Assembly: GCA_030649945.1 (NCBI GenBank)
Contig: JAUSFE010000104.1
Span: 6,004 to 70,003 of the forward strand
Origin: Dehalococcoidia bacterium
Lineage (GTDB): Bacteria; Chloroflexota; Dehalococcoidia; SM23-28-2; RBG-16-64-32
Reading direction: 5' to 3'
Length of the DNA stretch: 64,000 nucleotides
A model generated the notes under the pieces. It was not told the DNA's origin. It did not search any database and saw only the letters and a list, made by a program, of their open reading frames with translations. This document shows positions 9,608 to 21,767 of the stretch, one piece after another. Positions within the stretch are counted from its first letter, which is position 1. Each line of letters starts with the position of its first letter. A program made the position numbers and the translations under genes.

Positions 9608-9946
9608 CTACTCGCGGGGCCCCTCGTACACCACGCGGCCGGTGCGGATGATCTCGCGCAGGAAGGAGTGACGGCCGGGGTTATGGTACTCGCTGGACGG
9701 GTAGCCGATGGGCGCTAGCCGCCGATCGCGATCCAGGCTAGCCAGGGCAATGATCTCCTGCCGTTTCCACATGGGCACCCCTTCGAAGTCTGTTGAGATG
9801 ACCGCTACGTCAATGTCGCTATCCTCGTGCGGTCTGCCGTTCGCATACGAGCCGTACAGCACAATAGCGTCGACGTTTATCGCCGCCGCCAGGAGCCGCA
9901 CGAACTCGCCGATTACCGCTTCTAGCTCAGTCGCTGCAACAACCAC
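9608..9946 (-). CDS. Minimal nucleotidyltransferase (MNT) antitoxin
   Basis: LYGSYANG..DSDIDVAV. Confidence 0.9.
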   Translation of the reverse strand: MVVAATELEAVIGEFVRLLAAAINVDAIVLYGSYANGRPHEDSDIDVAVISTDFEGVPMWKRQEIIALASLDRDRRLAPIGYPSSEYHNPGRHSFLREIIRTGRVVYEGPRE

Positions 9947-10290
9947 GCGTAGAACTCATTCGACTGCCTGTAGTAATTCTCAGTCGTATCGGCTGGCATT
10001 TCAAGCGGCTCATCGCCGTACCGGCTGGGGATGTATTGCTCGGTCAACTTGGCGAGCAGAGCCAATTGCTCCTGAGATATGGCCAGGCCGAGCTCAGCCG
10101 CCAGGCGGGGTAGGTCGTGAACCTTGCGGTAGGCGCCCTTCCTTTCGATCAGCCCTGCTTTCAGCAGCTTCTCTATCGCCTGGTGCAGGTGGAACAGACA
10201 ACTCAGCGTATAACCCGCTTGCCAGGCGAATTCGGCGACCGACACATCCTCGGCCGCTCGGGCTAGCCACCGCTCCGTCTCCGGCTTCAT
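9922..10290 (-). CDS. HEPN domain protein
   Basis: W..A.ED, HQAIEKLLKA, HDL, SRY; paired with MNT. Confidence 0.88.
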   Translation of the reverse strand: MKPETERWLARAAEDVSVAEFAWQAGYTLSCLFHLHQAIEKLLKAGLIERKGAYRKVHDLPRLAAELGLAISQEQLALLAKLTEQYIPSRYGDEPLEMPADTTENYYRQSNEFYAWLLQRLS

Positions 10291-10330
10291 GCCCGCATCC
10301 TAGCCTCCCGTCCCGAGGGCGGTCAAACCC

Positions 10331-13674
<3,344 letters not shown>

Positions 13675-13678
<4 letters not shown>

Positions 13679-14535
13679 TACGGCTCGAGCGCGCCACCGT
13701 CGTCTCCCAGGAGCAGGTCTACGAGAACACCTACCTGATGTGGCTCTCCTGCCCGCCCGTCGCGAAGGGCGCCTCGCCCGGGCGCTTCCTGATGGTCCGC
13801 TGCTCTGACGGCAACGACCCGCTGTTGCCACGCCCGATGAGCTTCCACCGCTTCCGCCGCCAACCTTCACCCGAAGGTCAGGCTCTCAGCCGCCAACCTT
13901 CACCGGGGGGTCAGGCTCTCAGCCTGACAGGGGAGCGGGGTGGGGCACAGCCCGCAACCCAGTTCGCCATCCTCTACGACGTCCGCGGCCGCGGTACCGC
14001 CTGGCTCTCCACCCGCAAGTCCGGCGACGCCATCCGCGTCTTCGGGCCACTGGGCCGGGGCTACAGCCTGAGCCCGGCGGCGCAGAACGTCCTGCTCGTC
14101 GCCGGCGGCCTGGGCGTGGCCGCCGTTGTGGCGCTCGCGGACGAGGCCATCGCCGCCGGCAAGGCCGTGACCCTGTTGCAGGGCGCCCGCACCGTGGCGC
14201 GCCTCTTCCCCGCCCACCTCCTGCCCACCGCGGTCGAGGCTGTCTCCGCCACAGACGACGGCAGCGAGGGTCACCACGGTTATGTCACGGAGATCCTGCC
14301 CGGCTACCTCCCGTGGGCGGACCAGGTCTTCGCCTGCGGCCCCGGCCCGATGTTCGCGGCAATGGCGAACACGATGCGACAGGCGCGCTCCCGCAAGCCC
14401 GTACAGGCGCTGCTGGAAGAGCATATGGGCTGTGGTACAGGCGTCTGCTACGGCTGCGCTGTGTTCACGCGCAAAGGCGTGCGCCTGGTCTGCAGGGACG
14501 GCCCGCGCTTCGAGCTGCGGGAGGTGTTCACGTAG
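13675..14535 (+). CDS. pyrK: Dihydroorotate dehydrogenase electron transfer subunit
   Basis: [34 protein letters not shown]...C. Confidence 0.93.
13856..13928. repeat. 33-bp tandem duplication with REP-like hairpin inside pyrK
   Basis: Units 13856..13888 and 13889..13921 ([22 protein letters not shown]), ending in GTCAGGCTCTCAGCCTGAC. Confidence 0.85.
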
Positions 14536-14558
14536 AGACCCCCCGGCGGGGCGTCTCT
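14532..14558. repeat. GTAG-type REP supplying the pyrK stop codon
   Basis: GTAGAGACCCCCCGGCGGGGCGTCTCT hairpin. Confidence 0.6.
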
Positions 14559-14595
14559 GAGCAGCGCCCCTGATATAATCCGGTTGAAGCTTCCC

Positions 14596-15051
14596 ATGCA
14601 CGCCCATCCCGGTCCCGGTCCCGCCGGCACGGTCGCCCTCGCGGCGGCCGTCGTCGCCGTAGCCGCCGCCGTCCTTGTCGGCGGCGTCATCGTGGCCATC
14701 GCCATGGGCGGCGGCTTCGGCGGCTGGAACATGCAGGGCCACATGGGCGGCATGATGAATCGCGCCGGCAATTCGCCTCAGACGCCGGTGGTGGCGAGCC
14801 AGCCGGAGGTCTCGGTCGAGATCCGTAATTTCGAATACTTCCCGCGAGACCTCACCGTCGACGCCGGTGCCACCGTCACCTGGACGAACCGGGATTCCGC
14901 GCCGCACACGGCCACGCACACGGACGGCGGCTGGGATACGGGCATCCTGGACAAGGGCGAGTCCGCCGCCATCGCGTTCGACGCCCCGGGCGCCTACGGC
15001 TACTTCTGCTCGGTCCACCCCGCCATGAAGGCCATCCTGACCGTGCGCTAA
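14596..15051 (+). CDS. Membrane-anchored cupredoxin (plastocyanin/amicyanin-like)
   Basis: TM segment, Met/Gly-rich linker, PHTAT...CSVHPAM type-1 Cu ligands. Confidence 0.88.
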   Translation: MHAHPGPGPAGTVALAAAVVAVAAAVLVGGVIVAIAMGGGFGGWNMQGHMGGMMNRAGNSPQTPVVASQPEVSVEIRNFEYFPRDLTVDAGATVTWTNRDSAPHTATHTDGGWDTGILDKGESAAIAFDAPGAYGYFCSVHPAMKAILTVR

Positions 15052-15117
15052 CGTTGACACCGCTTGCGCGGGCAGCCTTTAATTGTCGCGCAATCTCATA
15101 TCAGGAGGACGCACCCC

Positions 15118-15945
15118 ATGGCCCCAGCCAAAGTCAGTGTCGGCAACGCCGAGATCATCTCCCTGGTCGATACGCCCATGGAGTTCCCCTGGAACCTCTT
15201 CTTCCCCAATAACAGCCCGGCGGACTTCGAGCCGTACCGGGGCCGATATCCGGAAGCCTTCGGGCCAGCCGGCTTCCACACCAACGCCGTCTGCTACGCC
15301 ATCCGGTCGCAGGGCAAGACGATCCTCTGCGACACCGGGATTGGGCCTGGGCCCATCGCTTTTCTGGGCGGCATCCGCGGCCGCCTGCTGGAGGACATGC
15401 GGGCGAAGGGCGTGCAGCCGGACGACGTGGACATCGTCGTGCACACGCATCTGCACGGCGATCATGTGGGCTGGAACCTCTCCGCGGACGGCGCCCCGAA
15501 CTTCCCGCGGGCGAAGTACTACGCCCCCCAGGCGGACTGGGACTTCTTCCGCAAGGCGCTGGACGCGAACCCCCAGATGGCACAGGTTATCCCGCTCCAC
15601 GACCAGGGCAGGCTGGAGCTGTTCTCCGGAGAGCTGACCCTGACGCCCGAGGTGACGACGCTGCCGACGCCCGGACACACTCCCGGCCACTGCAGCCTGC
15701 TGGTCTCATCCGGCGGAGAAGGGGCGCTCGTTACGGGCGACCTGGCGCACCACCCGGCGCAGGTGGACCGCACGGAATGGTCATCCGGCTTCGACACGGA
15801 CCCGGCGGCGGCCGGTCGGACGCGGGCGAAGGTCTGCGACCGCCTGGAGGCGGAGGGCCTGCTCGCAGCCTTCTGCCACTTCCCGGAGCCCGGCTTCGGC
15901 CGGCTGGTGCGGCTGGAGGGCAGACGGGTCTTCCGGGCGCTGTAG
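15118..15945 (+). CDS. MBL-fold metallo-hydrolase
   Basis: THLHGDHVG, GHTPGH, GD; AGGAGG RBS. Confidence 0.92.
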   Translation: MAPAKVSVGNAEIISLVDTPMEFPWNLFFPNNSPADFEPYRGRYPEAFGPAGFHTNAVCYAIRSQGKTILCDTGIGPGPIAFLGGIRGRLLEDMRAKGVQPDDVDIVVHTHLHGDHVGWNLSADGAPNFPRAKYYAPQADWDFFRKALDANPQMAQVIPLHDQGRLELFSGELTLTPEVTTLPTPGHTPGHCSLLVSSGGEGALVTGDLAHHPAQVDRTEWSSGFDTDPAAAGRTRAKVCDRLEAEGLLAAFCHFPEPGFGRLVRLEGRRVFRAL

Positions 15946-15953
15946 GGCCCTTT

Positions 15954-16117
15954 CTGTCACCCTGACGGAGGAAGGATCTGTCCCTGCGACGAGGCCACGC
16001 ACCGAGACGCCCTTCCGGGACTCTGGATGATCGCTGCGTCGGTCAGAGTCCCGAGGCGTGCATGCACTGCCAGGGTGCATGCCCTGGACAGATTCTTCCC
16101 TACGGTCAGAACGACAG
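15954..16117. repeat. Inverted pair of REP-like elements between convergent genes
   Basis: CTGTCACCCTGAC..GAAGGATCT at 15954 and AGATTCTTC..GTCAGAACGACAG at 16090, with an inner GGGACTCTG/CAGAGTCCC stem. Confidence 0.65.
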
Positions 16118-16152
16118 TTGGCGAGGGCCGGGATGCCAGGCTGGGGGCTCCC

Positions 16153-17253
16153 CTACGCGCCCGCCGGCGCCGGCTCCGCGAAGAAGTGCTGGACGCTGGT
16201 CTTCGCCGCCACCTTCTGGGCGATCGCCGCGAACGCCTGCGCCACCGGCGACCCGGGGTCGCTCTCGACGATCGGGACGCCGAGGTCCGCGCCGGTGCGC
16301 ACGTCCACCTGGAGCGGTATCTCCCCCAGGAAATCGAGCCCCAGCTCCTCGGCCGCTTCGCGCACGCCCCCGTGGCCGAAGATCTCCGTGCGCTCGCCGC
16401 AGTGGGGGCAGACGAAGTAGCTCATGTTCTCGATCAGGCCGAACACCGGCACACTCAGCTTCTCGAACATGGAGACCGCCTTCACGGCGTCTTCCAGGGA
16501 CACGGCGTTCGGCGTTGTGACGATGACGGCGCCCGCGATCGGCGCTTCCATCGCCGCGCTCATGGAGGCGTCGCTGGTGCCGGGCGGCAGGTCGATGATC
16601 AGGTAATCCAGCTCGCCTTCCGCGCCCCACGGCAGGTCGTGCATGAGCTGGCGCACGCCCGTGCCGATCATCGGCCCGCGCCAGACCACCGGCAGCCCCC
16701 GGCGCAGCACGAACCCCAGGGAGGCAACGCGCAGCCCGTAGCGCTCCACGAAGGCGAGGCCGCTGTCGGCCTGGAAGCCCTGTGGGATGCCCATCATCGT
16801 CGGTACGTTGGGCCCGGTAAGGTCCGCGTCCAGCAGGCCCACGCGCGCGCCGAAGTCCTTCAGCGCCAGCGCCAGATTCACCGCCACGGTGGACTTGCCC
16901 ACGCCGCCCTTGTTCGACGCCACGGCGATAATGTTACGCACGCCTTCAATCACCTTCGGGCCCCTGCCCACGCCTGTCGAGCGCACGGCGGCGTCCATCG
17001 TCACTTCCGCATGGCCGACGCCGGGCAGGGCCAGGATCAGGTCCTGCGCCTGCTTCTTCATCTCCTCGCGCACGGGGCAGGCCGGAGTGGTCAGCACGAT
17101 CTTCACGCTCACGTTGTCACCGCAGACGTTGACGTCTGCTTCGGAGACGAAGCCCAGGCTGACTATGTCGCGGTGCAGGTCCGGGTCCTGGATCTGGCTC
17201 AGCGCCGCCAGGACGGCAGCCGCCGTTACCTGGCTATCCTTCTCTTGTGCCAT
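16153..17253 (-). CDS. mrp: Mrp/NBP35 (ApbC) Fe-S cluster carrier ATPase
   Basis: N-terminal DUF59-like domain (ACP), KGGVGKST, DLPPGT, ENMSYFVCPHC. Confidence 0.95.
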   Translation of the reverse strand: MAQEKDSQVTAAAVLAALSQIQDPDLHRDIVSLGFVSEADVNVCGDNVSVKIVLTTPACPVREEMKKQAQDLILALPGVGHAEVTMDAAVRSTGVGRGPKVIEGVRNIIAVASNKGGVGKSTVAVNLALALKDFGARVGLLDADLTGPNVPTMMGIPQGFQADSGLAFVERYGLRVASLGFVLRRGLPVVWRGPMIGTGVRQLMHDLPWGAEGELDYLIIDLPPGTSDASMSAAMEAPIAGAVIVTTPNAVSLEDAVKAVSMFEKLSVPVFGLIENMSYFVCPHCGERTEIFGHGGVREAAEELGLDFLGEIPLQVDVRTGADLGVPIVESDPGSPVAQAFAAIAQKVAAKTSVQHFFAEPAPAGA

Positions 17254-17277
17254 TTGATTTCCTTCCCGAATGTGGGG

Positions 17278-17940
17278 TTACTGAAGGCCGGACGCTGCCT
17301 GCCGGGCCCCGTCACGGACGATAAACCGGCAGGAGTCCGCGCCCTCGCTCTGGAACTGCGTGCACTCCACCTCGCGGCCCAGCAGGCTGCCCAGGAGGGA
17401 GAGGTGCCAGTCGCACAGGTCCCGGTGGGAGTCCACCACGCGCCGGTAAACGCAGTTGTGGTCCGCGATCTCGAACTCCCGCCCGTCGCCCGTCCACTCC
17501 GCGAAACCGCCTTCTTCGCGCAGGATGTCCGCGACGATGGCCACGCGCTCCCCCAGCGGCTTGTCGCGCACGCGGGACTCGTGCTGGCGGTAGACGCGGT
17601 CGGCCATGCGCATGAGCAGGAGCCGCTTCTTGTCCGGGGCGCTGAGGCCGGCGATGTCCTCCGCCTGGAGGGAGGCAACCTCCTCCAGCACGAGGTTGGC
17701 CAGGCGGTCGTAGCGCTTGGGAAACCTCTCCTGGCCGCCGTCGCTCAGGCTGAAAAGCAGATGTGGGCGGCCCTTGCGCTGCCTCTCCTCGCGTGAGACT
17801 ACCAGGCCGTCGCGCTCCAGCACTGCCAGGTGCTGGCGCACCGTCATGCGGGCCAGGCCGAACTCGTTGGCCAGCGCATCCACCGTGCTGTCGCCCGCGC
17901 GCTTCAGGTGAGAAAGAATACTCTCTTTTGTAGATTGCAT
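17278..17940 (-). CDS. SufR-like winged-helix regulator
   Basis: TVRQHLAVLERDGLV, GRP, FPKRY, HNC...C...C. Confidence 0.85.
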   Translation of the reverse strand: MQSTKESILSHLKRAGDSTVDALANEFGLARMTVRQHLAVLERDGLVVSREERQRKGRPHLLFSLSDGGQERFPKRYDRLANLVLEEVASLQAEDIAGLSAPDKKRLLLMRMADRVYRQHESRVRDKPLGERVAIVADILREEGGFAEWTGDGREFEIADHNCVYRRVVDSHRDLCDWHLSLLGSLLGREVECTQFQSEGADSCRFIVRDGARQAASGLQ

Positions 17941-18136
17941 GTGGAAACCTTTTTCCCTCCGGCGCCGTTATAAGTATACACAACCGCGGCCGGCAGTGAA
18001 ATAGCATTTAGAAAGTCTATACAGTGCAAACCTTGACAGATATACCCCAGCCGGGTATAATCCGCCCGGCGATCTGTAACGTATTACCTAGAGCGATCAT
18101 CTTCATCACAAACGATGACGGAATTCCGGAGGTGGA

Positions 18137-18436
18137 ATGATGGGTAAGGCAGCAGTAGTCGAAGAGAGACGGCCCGTGGTAGAGACGCCGGTGGAAGTCC
18201 CCACCTGCCAGCACCACTGGCTGATTGAGACGCCCAGGGGCTCCACCAGCCACGGCCGCTGCAAGCGCTGCGGCGAGGACAGGGAGTTCCGCAACTCCGC
18301 CACCGATCACGTCTGGGAGGACGAGTCCGGTAGCGGCTACAACCCCTGGCGCGGGGCCCGCTCCGCCCCCAGGTCCGCCATCGACGACGACGAGGTTAGC
18401 GCCTCTTCCCCTTCTGCACCCGTCGTCATGGCCTGA
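18137..18436 (+). CDS. Small zinc-ribbon-like hypothetical protein
   Basis: CQHHW...CKRCG; GGAGG RBS. Confidence 0.75.
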   Translation: MMGKAAVVEERRPVVETPVEVPTCQHHWLIETPRGSTSHGRCKRCGEDREFRNSATDHVWEDESGSGYNPWRGARSAPRSAIDDDEVSASSPSAPVVMA

Positions 18437-18455
18437 GACCGCCCTCGCAAGCGAA

Positions 18456-18492
18456 GGACGCCCCGCCGGCCCGGCGGGGCGTCCCTGTCTTC
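18456..18492 (+). terminator. GC-rich hairpin, probable terminator
   Basis: GGACGCCCCGCCGG-C-CCGGCGGGGCGTCC followed by a pyrimidine-rich tail. Confidence 0.55.
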
Positions 18493-18523
18493 ACCTTCCG
18501 CCGTGCCGTATATTAGGGAGAGC

Positions 18524-19501
18524 GTGGATCTCTCTGTAGACCTCCTGCCCGGCCATAAGCGCGGCCTCTCCCTGGCCAACCCCGTGATGACCGCCTCCGG
18601 CACCTTCGGCAACGGGCTGGAGTACGCGCGGATATTCGACATCCAGCGCCTGGGCGCCATCGTCAGTAAGGCGATCACCCTGAAGCCGCGCCGCGGCAAC
18701 GTGCAGCCCCGCATCGCGGAGACGGCGGCCGGCATGATCAACTCCATCGGCCTGCAGAACATCGGCATCGAAGCCATCCTCCGTGACGTGGCGCCCGTCT
18801 GGGCCACGTGGCGCGTGCCGGTCGTCGCCAACATCGCCGGCGAGAGCATAGCGGACTACACGGAGCTGGCCGGCCGCCTGGACGGAACGCCCGGCGTCAG
18901 CGGCATCGAGCTGAACGTCAGCTGCCCTAACGTGGAGAGCGGCCTGGAGTTCGGGGTTGACCCGCGGGCCGCCGCCGCAGTCACGGCCTCCGTCCGGCGG
19001 CGCACGGACCTGCCGCTCATCGTCAAGCTGACGCCCAACGTCTCGAACATCGTGGACATCGCCGCCGCCGTCGCCGGCGCCGGGGCAGACGCGCTCACGA
19101 TCATCAACACCTTCCCCGCCATGAGCATCGACGTGCGCCGCCGCCGTCCGGCACTGGGCTGGGGCTCCGGCGGCCTCTCCGGCCCCGCCCTCAAGCCCAT
19201 CGCCCTGCGCCTGGTCTACCTGGTCGCCCGCTCCCTGCGCATCCCCATCATCGGCTGCGGCGGGATCATGAGCGGCGAGGACGCCGTCGAGTTCATGATG
19301 GCCGGCGCCAGCGCCGTGCAGGTGGGCACGGCCACCTTCCTCAACCCCCGCGCGCCGCTGGACGTCATCGAGGGCGTGGAGGAGTTCATGCGCGCCGAGG
19401 GCATCGAAGACCTGCGCCAGATCGTGGGAGCGGCCCTGGCCGCCCCGGAGTCAGCCGATGCTGGGCGAGCCCCGGCTCAATATCTACATCCTCGGGTCTG
19501 A
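18524..19501 (+). CDS. pyrD: Dihydroorotate dehydrogenase (class 1B) catalytic subunit
   Basis: ASGTFG, NSIGLQN, NVSCPNV, VKLTPN, GGLSG. Confidence 0.96.
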   Translation: MDLSVDLLPGHKRGLSLANPVMTASGTFGNGLEYARIFDIQRLGAIVSKAITLKPRRGNVQPRIAETAAGMINSIGLQNIGIEAILRDVAPVWATWRVPVVANIAGESIADYTELAGRLDGTPGVSGIELNVSCPNVESGLEFGVDPRAAAAVTASVRRRTDLPLIVKLTPNVSNIVDIAAAVAGAGADALTIINTFPAMSIDVRRRRPALGWGSGGLSGPALKPIALRLVYLVARSLRIPIIGCGGIMSGEDAVEFMMAGASAVQVGTATFLNPRAPLDVIEGVEEFMRAEGIEDLRQIVGAALAAPESADAGRAPAQYLHPRV

Positions 19502-20012
19502 CCTGACGGCACAGCAGCGGCAGAGGGTACAGGCGCAGGTGCAGACGGCTCTCCGGGCCATCCCCGGCTGGGCCTTCCAGCTCCTGGCGGGCCGCATGGC
19601 GGAGCTGGGCGTGCGCAACCTGCCGCTAATGATCGAGCCGCGGCCCGCGCGCGCCCCCGGCAGCCAGGCGCTGAGCCTGGGCCGCATTGAGTCCCGCCCC
19701 GCCGTCCGTCTGACGCCGCGGCTGGCCGGCGCGGAGGTGGAATGGGGCCAGGACGCGCGCTACCTGGTGGCGAAGGCCATCGCCTACCTGGCCGCGCCCG
19801 AGAGCACCGATACGGACTTCTGGTCGCGCTGGGTAGAGGCCCTGGAGGCAGACCGCCTGCGCGAGAAGGCGCTGGCGGTGGGAGCGCACTGGCAGGACGT
19901 GACGACGCTGGGCCTCCTCATCGAGATGTTCGCGGCCTACGCGCTGGAGCCGCAGCACCGCCGCTGGGCGGGGCTGCCCCGCGTCAGGGCATTCCTGGAC
20001 GACTGGCGATGA
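19458..20012 (+). CDS. Hypothetical protein
   Basis: ORF with normal codon usage overlapping both neighbours. Confidence 0.6.
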   Translation: MLGEPRLNIYILGSDLTAQQRQRVQAQVQTALRAIPGWAFQLLAGRMAELGVRNLPLMIEPRPARAPGSQALSLGRIESRPAVRLTPRLAGAEVEWGQDARYLVAKAIAYLAAPESTDTDFWSRWVEALEADRLREKALAVGAHWQDVTTLGLLIEMFAAYALEPQHRRWAGLPRVRAFLDDWR

Positions 20013-20296
20013 GCGAGCTCACGATCGCCCATAGCTCCGACCTGCACATCGATCCGCCTAAGGCGGACGCCTCGGACTCGTTTCACCCGCTGTGCAAGGT
20101 GATCGCCGCCGCGCGTGGCGTCCGGGCAGACGTGCTCCTGCTGGCCGGCGATATCTTCGACCACAACCGCCTGCCTCTGGCGCTGCTGGACCGCGCCGCA
20201 CGCACGCTGGCGGACGCGGTCCCCGCTTACTACTGCGGCTCGCCGGACCTTGCCGGCACCGTCAACGTCGTGCGGATGGGCGCCGAGGCAGTGTAG
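20009..20296 (+). pseudogene. Metallophosphoesterase with in-frame internal deletion
   Basis: Has SDLH and AGDIFD, then jumps to C-terminal YCGSP; GNHD and GHxH motifs are absent; 95 aa. Confidence 0.7.
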
Positions 20297-20357
20297 TGGT
20301 GACGCGGCCGCCCGATTGACGCGGCGGGCGATCCCCCCTTAACCTGAATTCAGGATC

Positions 20358-20435
20358 CGGGGTGTAGCTCAGCCAGGTTAGAGCGCCTGCTTTGGGAGCA
20401 GGAGGGCGGCGGTTCGAATCCGCCCACCCCGACCA
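20358..20435 (+). tRNA. tRNA-Pro(TGG)
   Basis: CGGGGTG/CACCCCG acceptor stem, CCTGC-TTTGGGA-GCAGG anticodon arm, GGTTCGAATCC T-arm, encoded CCA. Confidence 0.97.
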
Positions 20436-20673
20436 GCCGCCTCCGCCTCTCACCGCCCTTTACGCTTGTCCGTCCGCCCCGTACCATGGCCCTGTGACAC
20501 AGGTGTTTCCAGCGTTCTCTCATGGCGACTCGTAGCAGCGGGCCACCCGCCTCAGGCGGGCCACCCCACTTCCAGGCCAGGGTGCGCTCCGCCCCAGGCG
20601 GACGGGAGGCCGGCAAGCGCGCGGAGCGCAACCCCCTGCCGGGCGCCGCCGGGCCCGGGAAGCGCCGGACCCC

Positions 20674-20919
20674 ATGACGGAAGAGCAGGCGCCCCTCCAC
20701 GAGGAAGGTGAGGACGACGCTCTCGCGCCGCCCGGGCCGCAGATGCCGCTCGGCATCGTCATCGCCCGCATCACCATCGTCACCGTCATGAGCTTCGCGG
20801 GCGCCGCCGCCATCTTCTTCCTGGTGGGCGCCCTCTGGCTCTATGCGCTCGCCAGCCTCGGGGCCACGGCCCTGATGCTCCTGCTGATGTTCGCCATAGA
20901 GCGCGCGGCGGAAGGATAA
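20674..20919 (+). CDS. Small two-TM membrane protein
   Basis: Acidic N-terminus plus two hydrophobic helices. Confidence 0.65.
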   Translation: MTEEQAPLHEEGEDDALAPPGPQMPLGIVIARITIVTVMSFAGAAAIFFLVGALWLYALASLGATALMLLLMFAIERAAEG

Positions 20920-20976
20920 TCAGTTGTGAGAAGACGTGGCCGGTGTTATGCTGTTGGCGCTGCGAGGTGATACACA

Positions 20977-21225
20977 GTGTTTCAAAGTCTCGGCGCTCCT
21001 GAACTGCTCATCATCCTGGCCATCGTCGTCGTGCTCTTTGGCGCCACCCGTATCGGTGACATCGGCAAAGGGATCGGCCGCGGCATCCGCGACTTCCGCC
21101 GGGAACTGAAGGACGACGACAAGCCGGAAGAAGGTGCGAAGGACGCGCAGCCGCCTGCGCCCGTGCCCACCGTAACCTCTTCCAGCTCCCACACTCCGGA
21201 CGACCAGAGCTACAACCAGCATTAG
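20977..21225 (+). CDS. tatA: Twin-arginine translocase TatA/E
   Basis: GAPELLIILAIVVVLFG, amphipathic helix GRGIRDFRRE. Confidence 0.93.
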   Translation: MFQSLGAPELLIILAIVVVLFGATRIGDIGKGIGRGIRDFRRELKDDDKPEEGAKDAQPPAPVPTVTSSSSHTPDDQSYNQH

Positions 21226-21369
21226 TACCCGCTTGCGTTGAATCAGCGCAAGCAAATCTGAATCCGGTGGCACGCCCTTAATGCCTCGAAAGTCGGGCTT
21301 CGCATCGCGCCTGACACCGTGTGCCGTGGTGCCGTTGCCGCCCAGCCCACCCTCGGAATGATTGAGAAT

Positions 21370-21565
21370 GGGGGGACACCCCCCATGCCCCCCGTCAGGC
21401 GGGCCTGCTGCCCCCTGTGCTCCGCCAACAACTTTTACCTGGTCACTGCCCCGAAAACAGCCATTGCGTGTCTCCTGGCAGAGGGCTAGCGGGGTGCGGG
21501 GGCCCTTCGGCTGCGCTCAGGACAGGCTCCGCCCCTGCCGGGGGCGTCCAGGGGTGTCCCCTGGA
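21370..21565. repeat. Cluster of REP-like elements
   Basis: GGGGGACACCCCC at about 21371, an inverted GGGGTGTCCCC at about 21551, and CCCTTCGGCTGCGCTCAGGACAGGCTCC at 21503..21530. Confidence 0.6.
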
Positions 21566-21767
21566 TAACATCCGGGCGGGTGGGTGGGACAGAAGACGTA
21601 TGCAACCGGGAGGGCGCCGGTCCGCTTTCATCCTTCGTGGCGCCGGTGCGACACTGACATCAGTGATTCTGACGCGGTGTTCCGCAACGAGGTACTAGAA
21701 GCGGAATCCTCAAGAAGCACAAAGGCCGGCCCAGCGGGCCGGCCTCTTCCGTTCGCCGCCGGGCCGC

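Noticed and set aside
19458..20012. Possible zincin peptidase (IEMFAAY resembles a third-ligand helix)
   Set aside because: No HExxH motif; the similarity is too weak to call
20358..20435. tRNA-Pro as integration site for the Rhs island
   Set aside because: No duplicated tRNA 3' end or integrase seen, and housekeeping genes lie between the tRNA and the island
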